This document shows, piece after piece, positions 16,038 through 24,500 of a DNA stretch of 32,000 nucleotides. Position 1 is the stretch's first letter. The number at the start of each line of letters is the position of its first letter. The position numbers were made by a program, and so were the translations under genes. Source of the DNA: a virus. The stretch spans positions 6,539-38,538 of IMG/VR virus record IMGVR_UViG_3300045988_032849, one strand, 5' to 3'. The notes beneath the pieces are model-generated. The model was given only the letters and a program-made list of their open reading frames with translations, had not been told where the DNA came from and did not search any database.

Positions 16038-16414
16038 CACCTAGCCACGACTTATTCAGAAATCTATTCGCTATTGCTAGTGAGAAACTGGCAACTTACG
16101 ACTACTTACCCGATTCATCCGCAAGCTATCCTTTCGCTTTCATTGGTGAGAATAGCTCAGCACCTACACTCAATAACGACAATTTTGGAACGATAAGACA
16201 AACCGTCCATATCTACGGGACTAGAGTGCAGCGTGCAGAGCTAGACACTCACTGCCAAGCATTAGAGCAAGCTAGCGAACGAATCAAAGGGTTTGAATAC
16301 AACTTATTGAAAACTGGTACAGACAAGCAAGTTTTACCAGATAATACAGACGTCCAGCCATTGATTCACATTGTGCTGGATTTTTCATTTACTTATATCA
16401 AAAAGGAGGAATAA
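16034..16414 (+). CDS. Tail terminator / tail completion protein
   Basis: Last gene before the major tail protein, joined by operon overlaps. Confidence 0.6.
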   Translation: MTPSHDLFRNLFAIASEKLATYDYLPDSSASYPFAFIGENSSAPTLNNDNFGTIRQTVHIYGTRVQRAELDTHCQALEQASERIKGFEYNLLKTGTDKQVLPDNTDVQPLIHIVLDFSFTYIKKEE

Positions 16415-16957
16415 ATGACAGAACTTATTTTGGGGAAAGACCTCATGGTTTTCTTCCGTCGTGTCAAAGACCAAAAAACACAAGACGCTGCTAAAGTACG
16501 TTTCCAAACAGAACACACTATCAATGCTGAAAAAGAGGTCGAAGCCACCAAAACCAAAGACGGCGTAGTCAACTCTATTTCAGACGGTGAAGTGTCTGGA
16601 GAATTCGTATCACTTGCGTATCGTGAAGATGGCACTACTGTTGAAATGTGGCGTGAAATGCAGAAATGGTTCTTTGCAGGCGACAAAGTAGAGTGCTGGC
16701 AAGTTGACCTTGCTTCTAAACGCATGTCTGGGGGCAAAGAAGTCTATAACGTTGAATACTACCAAGGCTACCTTAAGAATTTTGAAACTTCAGCACCCGC
16801 TGACGACAAAGTTGAGCTTTCTTATGAAATGGCTATTGATGGCAACGGTATTATTTCAACCGACAGCTTGACAGACGCTCAGAAAAAAGCAGTTGCAAGT
16901 GCTCAATACGACTACCACACTCTTGCTAAAGAAGACGGCCTAGTTTCATCTATCTAG
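16415..16957 (+). CDS. Major tail protein (phi13-like)
   Basis: 180 aa, RBS AAAAGGAGGA, followed by a strong terminator and the chaperone pair. Confidence 0.8.
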   Translation: MTELILGKDLMVFFRRVKDQKTQDAAKVRFQTEHTINAEKEVEATKTKDGVVNSISDGEVSGEFVSLAYREDGTTVEMWREMQKWFFAGDKVECWQVDLASKRMSGGKEVYNVEYYQGYLKNFETSAPADDKVELSYEMAIDGNGIISTDSLTDAQKKAVASAQYDYHTLAKEDGLVSSI

Positions 16958-16964
16958 TCTAACT

Positions 16965-16992
16965 GCAGGGGCTTTGTGCCCTTGCTTTTTTT
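16965..16992 (+). terminator. Intrinsic terminator after the major tail gene
   Basis: GCAGGGGC-TTTGT-GCCCTTGC forms an 8-bp stem and is followed by TTTTTTT. Confidence 0.8.
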
Positions 16993-17012
16993 GTATAAAG
17001 GAGAAATAAAAC

Positions 17013-17354
17013 ATGATTCTATCTATCAACGGACGAGACTTTAATTTGATTTTCGGACTTGCATTTTTGCGTGAAATCAACAAATTGCACTCAGCAGAAC
17101 TTGAGGGCATGAAGACTGGTTACGGTGCCATGACATTGATTTCAGCCGGCGTCGCTATCAACGACCCTCTTGCATTCGTGGATATCATCAAAGCTGGTAC
17201 GATTACAGCCCCACAAAAACCAAGTGACGCTGACATTGAAGCCTATCTTGCTGATTTGATTGACAAAGGTAAATACAAAGAGACGATTGAGTCAATTATC
17301 GACGAGTTAAAAGCGTCATCCCTACTCAAACTCGCAATGAACGTTCAAGAGTAG
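17013..17354 (+). CDS. Tail assembly chaperone (gpG-like)
   Basis: Lies between the major tail protein and the tape measure. The downstream ORF overlaps it in the -1 frame. Confidence 0.8.
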   Translation: MILSINGRDFNLIFGLAFLREINKLHSAELEGMKTGYGAMTLISAGVAINDPLAFVDIIKAGTITAPQKPSDADIEAYLADLIDKGKYKETIESIIDELKASSLLKLAMNVQE

Positions 17355-17395
17355 GGCAAAGTCAACCAGATTATGATTTCAGCTATGACGACGCA

Positions 17396-17728
17396 ATGGC
17401 TCTATTGATTGCAAGACACGGCATGAGCTATGTAGAAGCTGCTAGGACGACACTTGTCGAATTCGAGGTTTACAATACCGCTTACGCAATCAAACAAGAG
17501 GACGCCCGCTTTAACGCAGCGATTCAAGCGTGGTATAACCAGACCGTGCAAGCTACCAAGGGCAAAGGCAAGAGCGTTCGCTCAGCTTACAGGACCTTTA
17601 ATGAGTTTTATGACCATGAAAAAGAGTTCAGCAAGATATTTAAGCCCGAGGACACTGCGCCTATAAGTCGAGCGCTCTCGTTAGCTGATAAGAATAGAAT
17701 CATCAATCAACAGAAAGAAAGGGGGTAG
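17396..17728 (+). CDS. gpT-like ORF, probably expressed as a -1 frameshift extension of the chaperone (G-T fusion)
   Basis: The -1 frame is open from 17291, giving a 64-nt overlap with the gpG ORF. Candidate slip site TTAAAAG at 17307-17313. Confidence 0.7.
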   Translation: MALLIARHGMSYVEAARTTLVEFEVYNTAYAIKQEDARFNAAIQAWYNQTVQATKGKGKSVRSAYRTFNEFYDHEKEFSKIFKPEDTAPISRALSLADKNRIINQQKERG

Positions 17729-17731
17729 TTA

Positions 17732-20700
17732 ATGGGAGCATCTTTTGACGTTACGGCCATACTTCGTGCCAATTCAAGTGACTTCACCAACGGCGTCAAC
17801 GCTGCCAAGTCTGCCCTTGCTGATTTGAGAAATCAGTCTGGGGGCATGCTTGCTCAAGTTGGTAGCAGTTTGAAGTCAGTCGGTAGCGCCATGCAGTCAG
17901 TCGGAGCTGGGATGACTACAGCTTTCACACTGCCAATGGTCGGAGGGTTAACTGCCGTAATCAAAGGCTATGCAGACCTTGAGCAATCTTTGGGCGGTGT
18001 TTCTACGCTATTCAAACAGAATGGTTCAAGCGTCAACACCCTTGCTAGAGACTACGGCATGACCAGACAGCAAGCCCAAGCGCTCTATAACACAATGGAT
18101 CGTGAGGGAACCAACGTCATTGAGAATGCCAATCGAGCCTATAGGACAGCTGGTGTGTCTGCTAACCGATACATGGAGCAGGTAACGTCGTTCTCAGCTA
18201 CCTTGCTACAAGGTCTAGGCGGGGACACTGCCAAGGCTGCGAAATACGGGGATAAAGCCCTTGTCCAAATGTCAGATAATGCGAATAAATTCGGTACTAA
18301 CATGACCGACATTCAAAACGCTTATCAAGGTTTCGCAAAAGATAACTATTCCATGCTGGATAACTTGAAACTTGGTTATGGCGGTACCATGTCCGAAATG
18401 GCTCGTTTGGTCAATGAGTCTGGTGTCTTGAATGGTGAATTTGAAGCCACGGCTGATAATATCCGTGATATCCCATTTCATACCTTGATTGATGCCATCG
18501 GTATTACTCAAGATAGGCTTGGAGTAACCGGAACAACTGCCAAAGAAGCGAGTACAACCGTTTCGGGTTCGTTTAATTCCATGAAAGCAGCCGCTGAGAA
18601 CTTAGTGGCCGGTCTTGGTAATAACGAAGCTAATATCAAGCAGCTAATGGAAAACATGAAGCAGACTGTCATCACATTTAAAGACAATGTGGTGCGTGTT
18701 CTAGGGACTATCTGGGACAATCTGCCAGTGGATGGCTGGGTAAAATGGGCAGCGCTTATCGTTGGAGCAGCGGGGCCTATTATCACAGTGCTTGGGACTT
18801 TAATCATTTGGGTTGGGAACGTCGTTTCTGCACTAAGCACAATTGGTGGTGCTATCAGCTCGCTTGCTGGGTTCTTCTCAAGTGGTACCGCAGCAGTAGA
18901 AGGCTTTTCAATGGCTTTCGAAGGTGGTGAAGCCATGATGGTTTCATTTGGTAGTGCTGCCAGTGGTGTTTCTGCTGCTGCCCTTGCTGCGTTCGCTGGG
19001 ATTGCGTTAGCAGTCGGGATGGTAGTAGCTGCGCTCGTTGATTTGTGGAACCATAATGAGAATTTCCGTTCGCAAGTCATTGCAATTTGGGAAACTATCA
19101 AGAGTGCGATCACTAACGCTGTTCAAGCCATTGTGTCGTTTGTTATGTCAATATGGGGTCAGTTGACTTCCTTCTGGAACGAAAACCACGCCTTAATTAT
19201 GCAGACGGCGACGACTTACTGGAATATGTTCAAGGGCATGATCGAAAACGTCATGAACGCAATTCTTCCAGTGGTTCAAACTGGATTGAATTTGCTGATT
19301 ACACTGTTCTCAACAAGCTGGCAAATGATTACCACAGTTATTTCAACAGTCATTGAAGTCATCCTCAACATCATCAAAATGGGGATGCAGATTTTGCAAG
19401 GTGACTGGTCTGGAGCGTGGGAAACACTCAAAACTATCTTGTCTACTGTTTGGGAGGGTATCAAATCCCTTGTTTCAATCGGTATCAATGCTATTGGTCC
19501 GATTATCCAAGCGGGTATCCAGTTCATTCTCGCAATCTGGAACGCAGCATGGGCATTGTTAGCTATTCCATTCCAAACGCTTTGGGCATTGCTTCAACAA
19601 ATCGCTGGCGGAGCTATGACTGCCATTAGCGGTGTGATTAGTGCCGGGATTGCCGTGATTCAATCCATTTGGTCAGCAGCATGGACAGTTATCCAGACAG
19701 TGTTCTCAACCGTTTGGAACACAATCATGTCTATTCTGTCACCTATCATGGCCGGTATTTCAAGCATCATTTCAAGTACCTTGTCAGCTATTCAAGCGAT
19801 TTGGACCGCTATCTGGACGGGTATTCAAGCTGTTTTAGCTGGTGTATTAGCTGCTATCGTCGGATTGGTTACTGGTAACTTCTCGCAAGTTCAAGCGGCT
19901 ATTTCGTCAATCATGTCAGCTATTCAAGCCACTATCAGTGCGATTTGGAACGCCATCCTGTCGCTTATCAGCAGTGTACTAAGTGCGATTGCTAGCACTG
20001 TATCAAGTACATGGGCATCTATCCAGTCAATCGTTTCAAGTGCTATGAGTTCCGTTCAGAGCATTATCAGCTCAGCTTGGAGTGCTGTTAGATCAGCGGT
20101 AAGCAGCGCCATGAGCTCAATTCAGTCAGCTATCACTAGCGGATTTAGTGCCGTGGTATCAGCGGTAACAAGTGCCGGTCAGCGTATCATTTCAGCGGTC
20201 CGCTCAGCGTTCAGCGGTGCACTTAGTGCAGCCCGTGGATTCGTTGGACAAGCTGCAAGCGTCGGTTCTCAATTGATTAGCGGTTTCGTTAGCGGGGTTA
20301 CATCCGCAGCCGGCAAGCTGATTTCGGCAGTTAAAGGCGCGGTAAGTAATGCGATTAATGGAGCTAAAGCCTTGCTTGGTATCAAATCACCATCCCGTGT
20401 GTTCCGTCAATTCGGTATCTACACGGATAAAGGTTTCATCATCGGTATCGACAGTAAAGCGGATCAAGTAGCCCGTTCAATGCGCTATATGGCCCAAGGT
20501 GCTATCGACGCATTCACTGGTCAAGATATCAACGGAGCTATCACTGATGAGCTTGGTAGCATGGACGGCCAGTTAGGTCGATTAGCAGGGTATGATCCAT
20601 CTGTTTCATTCAACGGCGGCAAGATGTCAGTTACTCAACAAGCAGCGGACATCGTGCTTAAAATGGGTGATACAACTTACAGAGCATTTACTGAGGACAT

Positions 20701-20743
20701 CACTAACGCTCAATCAATGGAATTAATGCTTGATAACTATTAA
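17732..20743 (+). CDS. Tape measure protein
   Basis: 1003 aa. The central region is hydrophobic and repeat-rich, A/S/I/W-rich with recurring AIW..I motifs. Position follows the G/GT pair. Confidence 0.95.
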   Translation: MGASFDVTAILRANSSDFTNGVNAAKSALADLRNQSGGMLAQVGSSLKSVGSAMQSVGAGMTTAFTLPMVGGLTAVIKGYADLEQSLGGVSTLFKQNGSSVNTLARDYGMTRQQAQALYNTMDREGTNVIENANRAYRTAGVSANRYMEQVTSFSATLLQGLGGDTAKAAKYGDKALVQMSDNANKFGTNMTDIQNAYQGFAKDNYSMLDNLKLGYGGTMSEMARLVNESGVLNGEFEATADNIRDIPFHTLIDAIGITQDRLGVTGTTAKEASTTVSGSFNSMKAAAENLVAGLGNNEANIKQLMENMKQTVITFKDNVVRVLGTIWDNLPVDGWVKWAALIVGAAGPIITVLGTLIIWVGNVVSALSTIGGAISSLAGFFSSGTAAVEGFSMAFEGGEAMMVSFGSAASGVSAAALAAFAGIALAVGMVVAALVDLWNHNENFRSQVIAIWETIKSAITNAVQAIVSFVMSIWGQLTSFWNENHALIMQTATTYWNMFKGMIENVMNAILPVVQTGLNLLITLFSTSWQMITTVISTVIEVILNIIKMGMQILQGDWSGAWETLKTILSTVWEGIKSLVSIGINAIGPIIQAGIQFILAIWNAAWALLAIPFQTLWALLQQIAGGAMTAISGVISAGIAVIQSIWSAAWTVIQTVFSTVWNTIMSILSPIMAGISSIISSTLSAIQAIWTAIWTGIQAVLAGVLAAIVGLVTGNFSQVQAAISSIMSAIQATISAIWNAILSLISSVLSAIASTVSSTWASIQSIVSSAMSSVQSIISSAWSAVRSAVSSAMSSIQSAITSGFSAVVSAVTSAGQRIISAVRSAFSGALSAARGFVGQAASVGSQLISGFVSGVTSAAGKLISAVKGAVSNAINGAKALLGIKSPSRVFRQFGIYTDKGFIIGIDSKADQVARSMRYMAQGAIDAFTGQDINGAITDELGSMDGQLGRLAGYDPSVSFNGGKMSVTQQAADIVLKMGDTTYRAFTEDITNAQSMELMLDNY

Positions 20744-20765
20744 GAGAGAAAAGAGGTTTTAGCTA

Positions 20766-21557
20766 ATGTATGATTATGCTTCATTGAAGCGCACGGAATC
20801 AACGGTGCTGCAAAGAGCGCCAGTTGATAACATGCGTATCAACGGAACACCAATTGAAGATATCATCCAAGGGTATCGACAACTTACAGTTAAGGGGCGT
20901 TCGTTGCTTAACCGTGAAATTTCAACCACTCGAGTTCCTGGGCACCGTGGTGTTTGGGTGGACAGTGTCAACGATTCAGAGCGTGAGATTGAAGTTAAGT
21001 ATCAGTTAACTACGGTTACTAGCCAAGTCATGAGGACCTCTTTCCGAGAGCTTAACCGCATTTTGAGAGAGGTAGGGCCTAGCGGTTATCTTGAAGTAAC
21101 TTTTGATGATGAGCCGGATTTCACTTACTACGCAATATTCAAGGAAGCGGACGAAGTCGAGGAAGATAGGCTTTCAGTCATTAGCAGTTTCGTTTTGCTA
21201 GTGCCAGACGGCTATAAAAAACGGGTTCCAGAGCGTTCTAACGGTGTTGTTTATCTAACTTACGCTAAGCAGGTAATACCCGAGAAGATTGTAGCCGTGA
21301 CATCGGCAGCGTCAACAGAATTTGAAATCATCAACGGCCAAACCAAGTTATCGTTTAAGGGTAGCTATGCAGCTAATAAGGAAATCGTCATTAAATTTGG
21401 CACCGAAGAAGTGACTGCTACTTATGATGGTCGTAATATCCTAAGTGAATTACAGCGATTTAGCCCACTTGAGCAGTTTTTTGTCAAAGACGGGGACCGA
21501 TTGAGCGGAAAAAACGTGGTGATTCGTGAAGTTCAGTGGAGGGATGAAAGTATATGA
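20766..21557 (+). CDS. Distal tail protein (Dit, Sipho_tail-like)
   Basis: 263 aa, directly after the tape measure and overlapping the Tal start. Confidence 0.8.
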   Translation: MYDYASLKRTESTVLQRAPVDNMRINGTPIEDIIQGYRQLTVKGRSLLNREISTTRVPGHRGVWVDSVNDSEREIEVKYQLTTVTSQVMRTSFRELNRILREVGPSGYLEVTFDDEPDFTYYAIFKEADEVEEDRLSVISSFVLLVPDGYKKRVPERSNGVVYLTYAKQVIPEKIVAVTSAASTEFEIINGQTKLSFKGSYAANKEIVIKFGTEEVTATYDGRNILSELQRFSPLEQFFVKDGDRLSGKNVVIREVQWRDESI

Positions 21558-24500
21558 TCTATTTATTCGATAAGGACGAAAAACTTATCAAGATTATTCG
21601 CAAGCCTGCAATTAAGACGGCATTGCAAAAATTCAGTCTTACCACTGAAAACTACATTTCAGACCGCTTGACCGTTGAAATGAAAGCCTTGAAGGATGAT
21701 GAACTGGCAAAACTGGAATACATGGCTATTCAGTCAATCGACGATACGCATAAATTCCATTACTTCTACATTGCCCAAGGCAATACCAAAGGGGATATCA
21801 CAACGCTTGTCGGTGTTCAATCCGGTATTGAGGAGCTACGCAAGACAGTTGTTTACGACAAACGCCCAACAGACCAACGTGCTAGACCAGTCATCGAATG
21901 GCTTTTAACTGGCACAAACTGGTCCCCTCGCTTCGTTGCTGAAACAAACCCAAAGAGCACTAATTTCTATTACATTTCCACATTTGATGCACTGAAAAAA
22001 GTGTGCAAAGTGTGGGGCTTAGAAATGCAGTTCTTTGTTGAAATGAACGGCGCTCAGATTGGCGCTAGATACATTGATTTCAAGCGCAAAATAGGTGAAG
22101 CAGTCGGTAAGCGTGTAGTTTATGGGCATAACGCCCTTGAAATTCTGCAAGAGGTTGAGAAGACAAACCTATACACTGCCTTGGTAGGGCGTGGAAAAGG
22201 GGAACAAGTCAGTTCAGCGGAAGATACTGGAAAAGATGCTGACGGTTACGGACGCAAAATCAACTTCGAGGAAGTTGTCTGGTCGAAAGCCAAAGGGGAC
22301 CCACTAGACAAGCCCCTCGGTCAGAAGTATCTTGAAATTCCAGAAATGACCGCTAAATATGGCATTAAGCAACCAGACGGCAAGATGCGCCCTAAGATTG
22401 GTTTTGTCGAATTTAGTGAGGAAGAGGATAAGAACGAGCTTATCAAACAGACTTATGATGCTTTGATTGAGTCTTCAAGACCTAAACTAACACTTAAAAC
22501 GTCAACAGTGTATCTCAAGGGTGTTCAAATTGGCGACACTATCCGAGTAGCCCGACATGACAGACACCTTGATTACGATACACGCATCTTTGAGATCACG
22601 TTCAATCGCTTAAACAACGAATCTAGCGACATCAAGCTAGGGGACCGAGTTAGCGAAAGCAACGACGCAAAGGTACAGAGTACCGTCAACAAAGCTCTTG
22701 ATGAGTTTAAAGCTGGTGAGTTTACTGAGTTTGTCAAAAAGTTGCCAGAGTTTATCCCGTCAGCTAATGGTTTTAACCATAACTGGTACACAAGCACTGA
22801 TCCAACAGAATCTCACCCTGGACAAGTCCTAATCAATGATTCTTGGTACAAACCAGACCCAGAACATGAGGGACACACTATCATGTATCGCTGGACTGGG
22901 GAAATGTGGCAAGAGGTACTGAGAACATGGGACGGCACGGGGCTTCAAGACAAAATCAAGAAAGAATTCGAGAAAGTCGCAGCCGACATGGCTAAACAGC
23001 AATCAGAACACGACAGAGTGGTTGCTGAAATCACAGCCAAGGCCACTAATGCGGAAACATTAGCCAGTTCAGCTAAATCAACCGCAGAGGACGCTTTTAA
23101 CCGTCTGAATGATGTTAAGAGCGAAGCTATCGCAGAAGCTCGTTACTTGGACACAGTCGAGCGTGCAGAGACAGAGAAGAAGATTGCTGCATCTAAAAAA
23201 GACGCACTTTCAGAAGCTGTCAAACTGGTCGATAACGCTAAAAGTACGCTAAACACGGACTTATCAGAGACTGAAAAGAGAGTTGAAGCTCTAAAGGGTT
23301 CTATTGGTACATTGTCAAATGACACGTCAGTACAGTTTGCCAAGATCAATAACGCCTTGATTTCAGTAGCTAGCAAGCAAGACGTTGATAAGGTCAGTCA
23401 GCGCGTGTCTAATGCTGAGACGGTTTTGACACAGCAAGCAGGGCAGATTTCAGCCAAGGCTAGCAAAGAGGATGTCAACGCTGTTTCTGGGCGTTTAAAC
23501 AAAGCTGAGAGTTCTTTGACGGTGCAGGCTGGGCAAATCAGCCAGAAAGCCAACAAGCAGGACGTAGACACGCTGACAGGACGTGTGAATCGAGCTGAAA
23601 CATCAATCACTCAACAAGCGGACATGATTGCATCCAAAGCTAATAAGCAAGAACTTGACAATGTCAATAATCGAGTGTTGAACGCTGAAAGTCGTATCAC
23701 TCAACAAGCTAACGAGATTAGCCAACGAGTGAAGACAAGCGATTTTAACAATGCTACTCAGAGACTTGCGACGGCTGAGAGCTCAATTACTCAACTAGGC
23801 AATAAAATTACTACTGAGATTAGTAGAGTGGACAGCAAGATTCCAACTGATTTCGGAAGTCGTAACTTGATTTTGAAATCAGCAGATTTTGAGAATCTAC
23901 ACCGACAGCCCGGAGGAGGTGGGAATACTACTACTGACGGGCAAGCATTCCTAATCAAGTCTCACAGCTATTCAAATGATGTTTATGGTGGTATCTCATG
24001 GAATATGGCTATCCCAGAAATCAAAGCCGGCGAAACATTCTCGCTCTTGGTTCCGGTTTACATTGACAGCGGGGTAGACATTGACCGTGGCGCTATGATT
24101 ATCATTAAAAATCATAAAAACAATGACAATCTAGTTGCTTACAATATCCCAACAGACCTCAAAAATGAGTGGTTTGACGTTAAGCTTATTTTCACTGCCG
24201 GCAGGGGCATCACACTCGGTGAATGGCCATTCTATATTACAGTTATTAGAAACGGCTATTTGAAAATCAAACCACCTATGTTAGTTAGAGGGACACTCAT
24301 TCCCTTGCAGCATACAGTAGCACCAGAGGATGTCGAAGCTGAAATAAGCACGGTTAAAACGACGATTACACAAACCGAGCAGGGTGTCAGTCAGTTATCT
24401 CAGAAACAATCTGAAACAGATAGCCGTATCACTAACGCTGAAACTACGGTCAATCACTTGGTCGATGAAGTTTCGTCAAAAGTGTCTAAGACTGATTTTG

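Noticed and set aside
18508-19113. 201-aa minus-strand ORF, plus several 60-80-aa ORFs in other frames, inside the tape measure gene
   Set aside because: These are shadow ORFs produced by the A/S/G/I-rich, repeat-biased codon composition of the tape measure protein. They lie inside a 1003-aa gene with clear context.
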